A DNA stretch of 63,974 nt, the filler included, from Craspedostauros australis (taxonomy: Eukaryota): NCBI GenBank assembly GCA_030167865.1. It is 11 parts of 11 records of this genome, joined end to end, with 100 filler letters (N's around TTAATTAATTAA, not from the genome) between each part and the next. Parts side by side here need not be neighbours in the genome. Positions count along the whole stretch, not along the records: positions 32,568 to 38,271 come from JALAGF010004326.1; positions 38,372 to 43,008 come from JALAGF010004327.1; positions 43,109 to 47,220 come from JALAGF010004329.1; positions 47,321 to 49,576 come from JALAGF010004330.1; 7 more parts are not named here. One strand, given 5' to 3'. Of this stretch, positions 34,112-47,480 are shown one piece after another (positions within the stretch are counted from its first letter, which is position 1; every line of letters begins with the position of its first letter). Made by a program: the position numbers and the translations under genes. The notes beneath the pieces are model-generated. The model saw only the letters and a program-made list of their open reading frames with translations. It did not search any database and was not told where the DNA came from.

Positions 34112-36858
34112 TCGGCATGGAGTTTCCATTCGAGCGGCGTTGCGGATGAAGGCACCGGTGCAGACGCAATGCTGTGGATGGCTCGAGGTACTGCTCGTGA
34201 TGCATCCCGAAGCGCATATGGTGCTCGAGGAGAGCAGTCGCCACAGAAATCAGAGTACACCATCATCAGCCCGTTCACCCTCCATGATACAACACACAGA
34301 CACGATCACGCATCTGCGCAAGGCAAGGGAAAGTATCGCTCTGCGTATCGACATTCGTGTACGCGTGCAGTATGCGAGCAACGGGCCTTCGCTGAGCGAC
34401 CAGCACCGGCAGTGCCATGGACGGTTGTCCCTCACATAGTTAACACATGTGCCGTTGCGGTGAGCACTTTGGTGTTATTGGTAATGCGGGCATGATAGAG
34501 CGCAAGAACCTGGTTGCACATTGGCTCAGGTCTGAAATCTTGTCATTTTGCAGACGAAGATCGCCATCCGAACAAGTCCAAGCGTTTTTTGTGGAAGCCA
34601 TCCAGGTTTCTCCTTGTGTGTTTGTCGTAGTCCATCGAGTCGTCTCGGTATCCGTGACCGGGGACTCGATGGAAGATACCAATCAACAAATGGCACCAAC
34701 AAGTTCGCGCCGAAAACACACAACTCCTCCATCATCCTACGTCGTCTGCCATGTTCATTGAAGCTTCAGATCCTCAGGCAATGACGCTACATCTTCAAGC
34801 ATCGTCATCCTTCGTTCGGCCAGCAGATCAACGACGTCAGAGTCATCAGTCATCCTGCTCGATCACCGCTCTACTAAACTGAGAGCTGGCACCTCGTGCT
34901 TTCGCACGATGCATGCATGCCCTCGTTCAATCTCGCACTGCAGTAGAAGACGCAAGTCAAGTAGTCGTAAATCAGCCTTTCACACTATTACAAGAGTGTT
35001 ATGTCATGGTGATAGTCAGAGAAACGAGCAGATCTCGACCATTTCCCAACCAATCACCACCAAAGTCGGAGAGGGCGATAGCAAGGAGAGATACGTGTGA
35101 AACGGTTGAAATGGCGTTATGACCCGCTGCAGCGAAAATGTGACACCTTTCCGGGAAGTCCTCTCAGATTTCTCCATAAATTTAATATGATGTTCCTCTC
35201 TATGAGAAAGTGACGGATTGACTTTCCTAGAATTGCTACACTTTATATTTTATAAGTTATGAGGGCTTGAGTTGAGAAATTCCCCACAGTAGTTTGTGAT
35301 TTACGTTTTAGCTTTCGATCGGACATAGGTGCGACTCGTCATTGTCTTCAACTTGGACGAGCCAAGCGGCGAAAATGTTCTTTTTTCCTCTCGCAGACAG
35401 GCTCACAGCAAGGCGCTCGAAGCTGAACTCAGACGTGTCTACAGTCGTGCGAACGGGCACACACTTCGGCTGTTTTTGGCCCCAATTGATTGCACGCAGT
35501 TTCTCGCGGTGGACTTGGATTTTAGGTGTGGAGCAAAAAATGCATTAGAATGCGATGGTACGTACGCGCACTGCGCCGTACCATACGACATTGGTATGGG
35601 ATGAAGGTGCAGAGCTATCAGCACATTCCACCAGGTATAGTGGGATGCTACTTTTGCCTTTGCTGATGCTGGTAGTACTTCGTGAGCGCAGGAACTGAGA
35701 TCACTGGCGGGTTCGTCGCACCATGATCTCGCGCGTTCCACGTGTGGTCTCTCATTTCATACAAGGGGCACGAGACTCTGTGACAAGATAGGTGCAGGAG
35801 GATAAGGTTCCCGTTCTGCAAAATAAAGTCAGCTGGCGACTACGGCACATTCCTGATGTGCGCTGCTCTGCTCTTCTCGAGTTGCCGAGTTGCCGTGCGT
35901 TGCGCCTCTCCTGGAGGATTTCGGAGTCTCGTTGTTGTTGTGGAAGTTTGTGAGTTTGTTTTTGCTCTTTTCTTGATCACGTTTCATTCCTTTTCCTGGT
36001 TCTGTTCCATGTCACACCCAAAGAATGGCTCTGTACTTTTTCTGATTTTGGTGGACAGACAGACGTAGTATGTGGTGTTTTGGTAGAAACATGTGTAAAA
36101 CAAAACCAGACACTGCGCTCACGAATTCCGGAATGTTTTGTGTGTGTTGACACACATTCCCAGGGAATCGTTTCTGGTGCGTCACAAAACTACGGAGCGA
36201 CTCTGCGAGAACAGAATGATGTACCGCACTGAACACAAGGAGAGTACAACAGTATATCATATAATACATCTGTTTTTATTGTACATGCCCACATTTTTAT
36301 TATTCGCCCATCGGAGGCTGACCAGGTTCGATCTTGTGATGGATCGGCTGACTTCCGCAGAATCAACATTCCACTGTCAATTCCAACCGTCAACGATGGT
36401 GTTGCATCCACAAGGTGCGCTTGGTGGTCAGCGGCACAGGCAGACTTGGAGTGCGAGGATTGTAAGCATTGTTACCCTCATAAGATAGGTATGTCGAGAT
36501 GCACATGTGAGTATATGTCAAGATGTACATGTATATGTGCATCGCTCACCCGTTATTCTCTCATACGCACTTGGACGGTAAAACTACATTCGTGTCAATA
36601 GTATGCTGTGATTTGTCAGAATTAGTGGAAATGGAACACATGAAAATGAGCAGAATTTCTGGAGGAAATTTGCAATCGATGATTTCTGAGAGAATTAGAA
36701 ATCTCGTCCGTCCATCCATCAATGGTACCAAGGAATCTTGAGGTACTTCCCAACTAAACCTCAGATGACAATATCATCTGACAGACTGCTGCATCACCAA
36801 TGGAACGTGACATTTGGAGAGCAGAAGGACGCCTACTGATGTTGACAGGATGTCATCG

Positions 36859-38268
36859 TGTCACCACATCAACATCTGTCTCCAGGTCAGAGCAGGAGGC
36901 AAAGATTCAATGATTGAAGGGCATCGAGATCATGGATACATGAAGAGGAGTTCAAATGGTAAGTACTCATGGAGTAGGAACCAGTAAGGAACGAACGGAG
37001 TGTCAAATGTGGGGTGCGCATCGAACACGGAGTATTGTGTAACATGAACACGCAACATTGAGGAGAAAGAGAGAGAGAGAGAGAGAATATGACAGCAGTG
37101 AGAGAGCATCTTGCACACCAACTCATAGTCGAGTTCAAGAGAGAAAGAGAGAGAGAAACAGACAGACGCGCCAAGAGCATCAGGCAAGAGAACGGACACC
37201 AAGAGGATTGGAGTGCCAACGTAATGAAACAGCAAACAGAATCGACTATCAACCATCACCGTCTTCCACGATCACAAGGTATCCGTCTACAGAACTTGCC
37301 AACATTGATCGTCCTCTCTTGTGTTGGTCCATTGTCTCACACACGGTCGTTGACGTTTGATCCGAATTCCATCTTGCATCTCCAAGATCTGTTGATTCCT
37401 TGGTCATCGAATCTTCACCTTCTGCTCTGATGTTGATCCAGCTGTCGATGTGGTCATGACACCTTTCGTGTTGACGTCAGTCGTCATCGTTCCATCCTCT
37501 GCTTAGATTCCACATTCCGTTGTTGGCGTGGGTAAGGCGAAGCTGATGTCACTTCAAGTCTAATTGCGAAATAGGTTCTCCCGACTTGGTATCACACGTT
37601 TCCGTTGGACAGAGGGACAGATCGAATCTATGATGTTCTCAGAGTTTATTCATCGCACGTTTCCTCGCAAATTGTGGACAGGTGAACGTATAAAATCTGT
37701 GATGCGGTTCATTCAATCACACTTCGATGATGCAACCAACATCAGCAGCATTTGTAGGTGGAGTGAGAGGACAATTGTGTGAGCAATGCACATGCACACA
37801 TTCCAACATGCTTCACCGAATACATCAAAGATGGTAGCAGAGGTGTTGGCAAGTTCCGCTCACGGTAACCTACGATCGTGGAAGATGGTGTTGGTTGATA
37901 GTCGTCTGTTTGCTATTTCATTACGTTGGCACTCCGATACTCTCAGTGTCCGTTCGTTCTCTTGCCCGATGCTCTCGGCGCTTCAATCTGTTTCGTAGAT
38001 TCGGTCTCCGACTATGAGTCGGTACGCGAGATCCTCTCTCGCTCCTCTCTGTATTCTCTCTCTCTCTTTCTCTCACTATCGTGTACTCGTGCTACACGAT
38101 GCTTCGTGTTCAATGCGTACTCCGCATTCGACACTCCGTTCATTCAGTACTGACTTCTACTCCATGAGTACTTACCATTTGAAGTTTACCTTCAGTATCC
38201 ATGATCTCATGGGTCATCGTATCTTCGCCTCCTGCTCTGACTTGGAGACAGCTGTCGACGTGGTGACA
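36859..38268. repeat. Long imperfect inverted repeat (arms ~36859-37273 and ~37874-38268, ~600-nt spacer)
   Basis: The reverse complement of the left arm aligns along the right arm, e.g. gatcgtggaagacggtgatggttgatagtcg vs gatcgtggaagatggtgttggttgatagtcg, and ctactccatgagtacttaccatttgaa is shared. The right arm runs to the contig end. Confidence 0.9.
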
Positions 38269-38469
38269 TGTNNNNNNNNNNNNNNNNNNNNNNNNNNNNN
38301 NNNNNNNNNNNNNNNTTAATTAATTAANNNNNNNNNNNNNNNNNNNNNNNNNNNNNNNNNNNNNNNNNNNNACAAAAGCAGGCACTTGAAGAGCAGTACG
38401 CACAATGCCACTTCCAGAGTCGGCCGAACTATCACAGCCGGGAGGCATGACGGTGCCAGAAATGATGGA

Positions 38470-39915
38470 ATGGAAAAGCTGACGGCCAAGGCGATCCTCA
38501 CCTACGTCTTCATCATCGTTTGCTTCGTCGCCAATCTCAAGGTGCTCAGCCTCAGCGATTCGCCGGTCTATGTCATTGAACAGCAGGGACATGATGGCTA
38601 TGATGCTCAAAGTCCCGCTGAACTTCACAGCGATATGGCGTCCGATCCCTCACATGCCAGTAGCAGCAAAGAAAGGCCCAGGATAGCCCTCCTGGCGTCA
38701 TTCGTGCCGCAACTTCAACCAAACGGCAAACTCAGCACGCTCAAGGAATTCGACAACGTCGTCAACAAGGCCTGCTACGCCAACATCTGGGGATACGACT
38801 TCGTCTTCAACATGACGGCCGACTACACGCAGCAGCAGAAGAAGAAGGCACCGTGGCTCAACTTTGGAGCGTGGAATCGCGTCCCGCAATCGCAAGCCCT
38901 GCTGCACAACTACGACTGGATCCTGTACGGCGATCTGGATCACGTCTTTCGCGATATGTCACGGCCCTTGGAATCCTTCCTGCGTGAATTCGAGCTCTAC
39001 AACCAAACGCCCAGCGTCTTCCTGCCCACCGACAACAAGCCGCGGCACTTCACCTTCTCCACCTACGCGTACTTGATCAAGAACTCGCCGTTTGGTCACA
39101 GCCTGCTGGAGAATTGGCATAAATTCGCTCTTGGTCTATGTCCCAAAGGCAATTTCCCAGCGACACACAGAAACGGAGTGCTCAAATACGGTTGGGAACA
39201 CAGTGGTACGTGTCTGCGTGCATGACACTCTGTTAATTTCTTGCGGAAGCCCTTCGTCAGTGTTTGTTGGCTTCCTTGTTTGTTACTTGAAGACCATCTC
39301 ATGAATGGAGCATGTAATCATTGCATCAAATATGCGAGTGTTACAGCGTTGCTCTGTCCAACCTCTCACAACTCAATTGCTCCAACCATTGGCTTCTCCG
39401 ACCGTTTCTGAATCTGAAATTCGCCGACATGCAATCAAACCATATGCATGGCAGATCAACCTGGGCTGTGGTACGCCCTGGTGCAAACATACGAGGACTA
39501 CTATCACACCGGCATCATGGAGAAAGTTTGCAACAGCACCACTGGCTACATCGACACGGACAGAGCGTACGGACCCGAAACCAACCAATACTTCCGCAAG
39601 AATAACATCATCCAAGGTCATGCTCGCAGGCACCTTATGGTAATGAAGGACCAGCCCATCATCTGGTCCACGACGAGACTAGAAAGGTCATCGCACGATT
39701 ACGGCGGCCTCGGTTTGCAACTGAATTTCAACACGGAACGCAACGACACGCGTGTCGAATATGCCTTCGCCATGCATAAAAACAGCGACATGGGCACAGA
39801 TTTCAAAATTGAAGTCGAGTACTGCAAGAAGGTGCACGGCTGCTATGCGCGGTACGACAGGGACAACAAGCTGGAAATTGGCTGCAAAGGTAGAAAATTC
39901 ACGGTCGTGCAATGA
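38470..39915 (+). CDS. GT34-like glycosyltransferase, copy A2; exons 38470-39205 and 39455-39915
   Basis: Appears identical to 32666-34111 at offset 5804, including the intron. Confidence 0.78.
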
Positions 39916-40661
39916 TCGGCATGGAGTTTCCATTCGAGCGGCGTTGCGGATGAAGGCACCGGTGCAGACGCAATGCTGTGGATGGCTCGAGGTACTGCTC
40001 GTGATGCATCCCGAAGCGCATATGGTGCTCGAGGAGAGCAGTCGCCACAGAAATCAGAGCACGCCATCATCAGCCCATTCCCCCTCCATGATACAACACA
40101 CAGACACAATCACGCATCTACACAAGCCAAGGGAAAGTATCGCTCTGCATATCGACATTCGTGTACGCGTGCAGTATGCGAGCAACGGGCCCTCACTGAG
40201 CGACCAGCACCGGCAGTGCCATGGACGGTTGTCCCTCATACATTACATTGTATACTTTTAGTTACCACGTGGTGCTGTTGTCAAGCCGACGGCCGCTGGG
40301 CTCATGGTCGCGTGGGTGATGTCAATCTCTTTCGAATTCATTCACGATTCATTTTCCACACAGGATTCGCATCTTGTCACCCCAAACAAAACCTTCGCAA
40401 TCGTCACAACCGAAGCGAACCTGTTGCTCGTGCGCGCATTCACAACCTATCCGTTGACAGAGAAGAGCAATCGATTACAGCAACACTCTTACACATTCAT
40501 TGTTCGTGCCGTCCAGGTTGTGCCTTCAGTACCTCCCTCATTCACACCGTGAGCCTTGCCGCCAGGTGACCGGCCGCGCAATCGATGTTGGCAACGACTT
40601 GCCGAAGCTCCTCCAGCTTTCGCACCGACCTTCAGGCTCACACACAGCCAGAACATCCGCG

Positions 40662-42078
40662 ATGGGCGACTCAGGCACGACGCTCGTCGCGTTGCGCGTT
40701 GCGATTCTTGCGCTGTTACTCGCCAATACGATCATTCTGATGGCCACAAGCGCCAACCAGATGTTCGGCGACCTCGATTGTATCGCAGACGAAACGGCAG
40801 CGAACGTTGGTGCAAGCGATGATGACGACGATGGCATGCTATCTCGCAATTTCACGTCGAACCAAGATCTCAAGATCGCGCTGCTGGCCTCATTCGTTGC
40901 GGAACCGCAGAAGGACGGAACCATGGGAAAGTTCACCATGCATCAGAACATCATCAACAAGGCATGCTACGCCAAGATATGGGGATACGATTTCATTTTC
41001 GACATGACGAGCACGTTCACTGAAGATGACAAGACGAATGCACCTTGGCTCAATTTTGCCGGATGGAACCGCGTCCCGCAGATGCAGGCGATCCTTGATG
41101 ATTACGACTGGGTGCTGTACGGCGATTTGGATCACACGTTCCGCGATCTATCGCGGCCGTTGGAATCGTTCCTCAAGGAATTCGAATTGTACAATCAGCA
41201 TCCCAGCGTGTTCCTCCCAACCGACAAAGCCTTCTTCTTCACTTTCTCGTCGTACGTCATGCTCCTCAAGAACGATCCATTCGGGAAGAGGCTGTTGAAG
41301 AATTGGATGAGGTTCGGTCGCGGCATGTGCGACAAAGGCAATCTGCCAATGCAGTTCGACAACGACGGCAAACCGAAGTACAGCTGGGAGCACAGTGGTG
41401 AGTATGCTGTGCGGTAGGGGTACCCTCCCACTTGCGCATGGCAGGTGCCTTGGCCTTCTGTTGTGACCGTCATCGTCGCTGCTGATATTGAGAGTGTTCG
41501 ATATCACTTGTCGCCAAGCCTGCTTTCTCACTCGCACGCAATTGATACGCATGACGATTACCAAACACTTCCGACAATGCGTGCAAACGTATTCCTACAC
41601 GCGTCATGCATCAACAGATCAACCTGGTCTATGGTACGCTCTCGTGCGAACTTACGAAGACTTTTACAAGACCGGCAGAATGCCACAAGTCTGCAATGAC
41701 ACGACGGGTTACATCGACACAACAAAGGCCTTCAGCCCCGAAACCAACAAATACTTCAAACAGATTGGCATGATGCAGGGCCATCACCGCGAGCCGTTGC
41801 TCATGATGAAAGACCAACCGATCATCTGGTCCACCAGCAGGGAAACAGAAGCGTCGCATGATTGGGGCGGCCTCGGCTTACAGATGAACTGGGGCCAACA
41901 TCCTGGGCCCAAAAGTGAACATCGTGCCTTTGCGTTGCACAAGAAGAAGGACATGGACCTCGATTTCAGACACGAAAGCAAGATGTGCCAAAGGTATCAT
42001 GGTTGTTTCGCTAACTACAACGCTGACGGGAAGTTCGAAGTTGGTTGCAATGGCAAGAATTTCACGGTCCTGCAATGA
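40662..42078 (+). CDS. GT34-like glycosyltransferase, diverged tandem paralog B; exons 40662-41397 and 41618-42078
   Basis: TM LVALRVAILALLLANTIILMA, NKACYAKIWGYDF, WNRVP, YDWVLYGDLD. Intron 41398-41617 is at the same position and phase as in copy A. Confidence 0.8.
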
Positions 42079-42970
42079 GAAGTGGATCGAACATATCACA
42101 CGTATTGCACGTGTAGAGAGATAGAAGCAATCGCATGCTTATGAAGGGCAATCGAGTGCTTGCTGGCCATGTTCCGCCAAAATAGCGTCATTTGTGGATC
42201 GTCAATTCCCATCACGGCACGGCACAGCTGCTGATCTCCATGTCGAGATATCCGGCCTGGAACTCACTAAAAAACAAGGAGTGCTGGCGACCGACGATAC
42301 GTTCCCCGCATTGCTCAGAAATGCTCGACCCGGAGTGGCCACCTTGCTCTCTGTGGGATGGCGCAGAGGCCAGATGATCAGCTTCTGCATCCATGGGCCG
42401 CCTTTGAATCTGGTGATACCGTGGCAGCTCTCGGCGCCACCATGGCAGACCATGCGTACACCCCCGTCAGAATGGTGATCAAACTTTTCGCTCGGGGATG
42501 GGCATGATACTTTCGCGTTGACATACGAGGTCCAGCGACGGCATACCACGCATCTAGGTTTTGCGCACCATGAAAGCCCCTCTATCATACGTACTATACT
42601 CAACTCCACGATACGAATGATCGTATGCATAGCTTGTGCTAGGTTCTTGCGAACGACTACGTGTGATGTCTGGAGAAGTATCCGTTTCCAGTCCACCAAC
42701 CGGAGTTGACGATTGCGTAGCTGGCGAGACGAACGGATCAATTTCAATTTGGTCAGATTGAAGCAAAAAAAGTGCAAAAGGAGAGCACGATTTGTCAGCA
42801 AGACACGGGAATTTCGCTGAAACTCGATGCCGTTTGCGTTCGACCACATGGACTAATCCCAAAATGCCCCAAACGAAATCTGGGTGGACTCAATGGACCA
42901 CCATTGAATTTGTAGTTTAACGCATTTAACGTCTTTTGGTTTGAATACCGAACACCTTCCAACGAACACA

Positions 42971-43008
42971 AGTTCGATGAAAGTACCACCAGTTCGATGA
43001 AAGTACCA
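42971..43008. repeat. 20-bp tandem repeat running into the gap
   Basis: agttcgatgaaagtaccacc followed by agttcgatgaaagtacca, then N. Confidence 0.7.
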
Positions 43009-44787
43009 NNNNNNNNNNNNNNNNNNNNNNNNNNNNNNNNNNNNNNNNNNNNTTAATTAATTAANNNNNNNNNNNNNNNNNNNNNNNNNNNNNNNNNNNN
43101 NNNNNNNNCTTCATCCCGAACAGCGACGCAACATTCAAGGCAGACCAGTGATGCACTTGTCTCCCGCCAAAAGGTTGCTCTCCCATGACATCAAAATGAA
43201 GAAGAACCTTCACATGACACCATCTGAATTGCAGGCAAGTTGACCAGAGTATGTCTCTTTCGGTGCAACACAGTTCAAGCAGCACGTCTATCAGGAAGAG
43301 AAGCTGCAGAAGTTCAAAAATCATCTCTCAATGCAGCGAAATAAGGCAGAGCACGTGACCAAAAAGTAAGAAGCATCGAGTAGTAGATACTAGTAGTTGC
43401 ATATTTGTTAGACTTGGTCTAGTGTAATTTTAGACGAACATGTCGCACGATTTGCCCACGAATGGAAATTGTGCTGTGTTTATGGAGTCGGGACTGTGTT
43501 GCTGCTGTTGGTTGTTGTTGTGCGTTTGGCCTGGGCGAGAACGCGCCAAACGAAGGACGTGGCGAACATCGCGGTTTTCGATATTGCGATGATGTGAACA
43601 AACAGCAGGAATGCGATGTATGCCATCAAACAGTGGATGTGGCTGCAGATGAAGCAGGTACCTGAGAGACACCCATCAAGGTAGAATGCAATGAGCGATT
43701 TAACATCGACCAGCTTGTCGATTGCTGCAATGGCAGCGCGAAAGGAGAGCTCTGCATTGTTGTTGTGATCACTTTTGTGATGCCCAGTTTTTAGGTCAAA
43801 AAAGTGACCATCAGGGAGGCCGAAGTAGGCTGGGCTGATTGCTTTCCATGCTGCATTGAGGCTGGTGTGGGTGTTGATGGGCGTTGGGCGGCTACCAACG
43901 TTCGATTTGCCATTCAGATGGCGATGGCCGGAAGCTGCTGTTGGTGATGGGTTGTGGCGGAAGAGGTGACTGCCATGCGCCACCGAAGACGAAGAGGGAG
44001 AGACAGCGAATGACATGGCTTGGTTCGTGCCTGCTGCAGCATTGCTACCGTGGTGCAAGGAGGAGCGAGGTGGTGGAGGGAATCTCATGTTGACAGTTGT
44101 TGCGGAGAAGAGAATTGTGGGCTGTCTGATCCATTAGGATGTGACTGCACTGCCCAAACGCTTGGAGCAAGCACCAAACAACGTGTGCGGCAAATCACAA
44201 CGCAGCAAATCGGCTTCATTGGTACACAAGACAAATTCTAAACAGATGCAACAAAGGAGGCTTCATTGCAACTCAAGCATCGGCACAACCACGCATTCAC
44301 GCACAGTAAGAGCTGATTTGAATGAAATATCGTACGAGAATGGCGGAGTCGACTATTCCAATTTGTGAAACAAACGTGATTTTCTATGGTGATGTGCTGT
44401 GTGTGTTGTGTGTGCTTCTGTGGACAAATCGGCAGCTTGGCATCAGCGCACACAGCGCTGCCGCGAGGAGCGAGCACACAGAGTTGCGAATGATGTGCAC
44501 ACAGCCCACCACGACGAGTTTTGTCACCAAGCAAAACGGGTCTGAGCAGCAACAAGCAACTGGACTCAAAGACGACGAGCTCGGACCAGCCCAACAACGA
44601 CCTCGCCGACCGTCCTGCGGTCACCCGCAACGACAAAGTGTGCGTAGTTTCACCGTGCGCGTCTGGAACAACTCCGCACAACACGCGAGCATGTCGGCCA
44701 TGTGCCGGTTAACTCAAGGTTGATGTTCTGTCATCGCATCTAATTGAGGAGTCCCGCAAAGACAAATATATAACGCTAAAATAACGT

Positions 44788-44868
44788 CTGAGGCAAAAAT
44801 AAGTCGCATCGTGCATTTGTCGTGCAGCTGAGGCAAAAGAAAGTCGCATCGTGCAAAAAAAGTCGCAA
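44788..44868. repeat. Short direct repeats with 40-nt period
   Basis: ctgaggcaaaaataagtcgcatcgtgca (44788) and ctgaggcaaaagaaagtcgcatcgtgca (44828), plus a partial aaagtcgcaa. Confidence 0.7.
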
Positions 44869-46103
44869 CACTAGTTTCACACGACCCATCGTGACTGACA
44901 CGGCGTGCAAACAGCAAAGGTCAATTTTCGGAGAATTTAGACGGATCGTCGTTAAGTAGGAGAACGAAATACGACTAGAAGGAGTTGGGACACACTAGCT
45001 CCACCATCGCGTTAGAGCCGCGAGTCCAAGCAAGTGAGTCCTTGTGTGAGCGAAATTAATTTGCTCATTCGACACCAAGGACCCACTAGCATGCACAAAA
45101 CGTACAACAAGGACACAGTGGATAACCAAGCAAGACGGGGCGCAAAATCAGACACTCGTCATGTTCTCATGACGATCTGATCTTGCATTCCGCTTGTCAC
45201 CATCTGCTCTGACGCAAGCAACACTCCATCTGCAAGTGTATTACTTCCTTCTGTCATCTGTTGCTGCAACCAATCAGATTGTAGCTCTCAACAAGGCCGA
45301 ATTGACTCTTCCTTGCTCTGGATCGGAAGATTCGGATCAGATCTCCAAAGAAAGGATATACATCGACTGCTCCACAGGAGTGGGAGGTGTCCTGTTTGGT
45401 TCTACCAAAGGACGGCTTATTCCATGGTTCTGCATGCTTGACTTTTCTATGACTCCTCAAGTTGGACAACCTTTCATCATAACTCTCAGATCGATTGTAA
45501 TTCGCAACCTATTGCAATTACCTTACTGTTCACATCTACTAAGTTTACTTTGCCCTGCCTGGCTCTCAACAACAAGCGGCCTCAAGCCGGTTGAGAACAG
45601 GCCATCTCAGGGAACGTGTCCCCGAAAGGCACGAAACATTCACTGAAGGCATTGTTAGAACGTGATAGAAGAGTTTGGAACGTCGCTTTCATCACGTTCC
45701 GTAAAGTGAGACAGAATTTGATTTCGAGGATTATTTAGTCCGATTAGTCGAATGATCCGCTCTGGTCATGTTTTGCTGGGTGTCCCTGACCAGTCCCACA
45801 TATGCCACCCCTCATGTATGGATGGCTGCAGTCCAATGACATGGCTGACTGCAGGGTGAGGAGGGGGAAGGACTTGCACTGCCACAACAAGTGATACTCA
45901 CATATCCCACAGCCCATGCACATGCTCTATGAAAACAAGGTGCACTAGCACTATCACCTGATGGTGCTAAGACAAGGAAACATTGTGGAATGCAGATAGA
46001 CATTGATGGTAAGTACTGCTAGTTGGTAATGCAACTAGCTGCCACTGGTTTCATTGCTTTCATCACCTTGGAACGCTGCAATGGTTTTCTCCAACTTCTC
46101 TTT

Positions 46104-47219
46104 TTACATCTTGAGAACCCAGATCTGTTGGAGAAGAGAAGTGTATCCTTTCATGTGCTCCTGCATCACTGTGTTGGCTATTTCAAGGCTAGTGCACTTC
46201 TGCTCAAGCTTCTCTATTTTTCTGCGCTGCTTCCGTATGGTCTGTTGCATGTTCTCATTCATTGTTGCAGCAACTGACATGGTTGCAATGTGTTGGGCAT
46301 GAGGTGCATCCCTGGTTGCCCTGTGTGGCCTCTTCAAAGGAGATGCGGAGGGTGAGATGATGACAGATGGTTTTCCAGCACCATCTTCACTGTCAGTGTC
46401 ATGAATGTGGATCATCTTGGGGAGGCATGAAGCAAAATGGGAAGAGTTGTTGTCATCACTCTCCACCTCAGATGAGGAAGGAACCCATGACTCACCAGAG
46501 AGAGCAGTGGAATTCACAGGATCCATCCAGCCTTTGTCCCTGCACTCATCTCCTTCAGAGGAGGAGGACTCCATGTCATCATGCTGTGGAGATGCAGGCT
46601 TCTGTGGTGGTCTCCTTGGAACAGCAGGATGTGTCTCTTCATTTTCCTCATCAGAAGGCTCATACTGGGGGCCTCCTCCCATGACCCAAACTGGCTCTTC
46701 ATCTTCCTCATCAGAAGGTTCATATATTGCTGCTGTGGCTTTGGCAACCTCCTCCTCCTCTTCTTCACCAGATCATTCGTAGACTGAGGCAGTGACTTGA
46801 TCTGTCACCTTGGCATCTGGTCCTGCTTCATGGAAAGCCATCTCATCCACATTCTGGCCACTCTGCTTTGCTTGCTCTATCATGGCCACCTGGTTGTCAG
46901 TCAGCTTGGTTGCATTGTACTGTGTGGATGCCACCATGACAATACCCTCTGTACGAATTTGGAGCCTGTTCTTGAGTCCTTTGTTGTAAAGCTTGATGTT
47001 GGTTGACTCCAAGGCATCAAACTTGGTCTTGGGTCTCTCCATGAGCTGTCTCTTGTCTCCCTTGTTGAGCCTGGGCAATCTGAAGTACATCAGCACATGT
47101 TCACTGACCTCAAGAATGGCATCTTCTGGCAACTTGATGAGCTTGTTGATGGTGAGCTCACCAGTTGCCATCATGAACCTCAAGCACCTGCCAACACTTC
47201 TGAAATGATCTGTGGCCAT
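46104..47219 (-). pseudogene. CpG-depleted decayed ORF (probable repeat/transposon-associated relic)
   Basis: ORFs 46773-47219 and 46104-46682 share a frame, split by one TGA at 46775-46773. Acidic YEPSDEE repeats and a coiled-coil segment are present. There is almost no CpG in 45790-47220. Confidence 0.55.
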
Positions 47220-47480
47220 GNNNNNNNNNNNNNNNNNNNNNNNNNNNNNNNNNNNNNNNNNNNNTTAATTAATTAANNNNNNNNNNNNNNNNNNNNNNNN
47301 NNNNNNNNNNNNNNNNNNNNCCAAACGCACAACAACAACCAACAGCAGCAACACAGTCCCGACTCCATAAACACAGCACAATTTCCATTCGTGGGCAAAT
47401 CGTGCGACATGTTCGTCTAAAATTACACTAGACCAAGTCTAACAAATATGCAACTACTAGTATCTACTACTCGATGCTTC

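Noticed and set aside
42355..42415. tRNA-like A-box TGGCGCAGAGG
   Set aside because: There is no GTTCRA B-box and no cloverleaf pairing.
45812..46003. Degenerate RING finger (CIPQC...PCFHRAC...PCSQPC) ending the decayed ORF
   Set aside because: Ligand spacing is incomplete and it needs unsupported frameshifts. CpG-to-TpG decay also inflates Cys codons.
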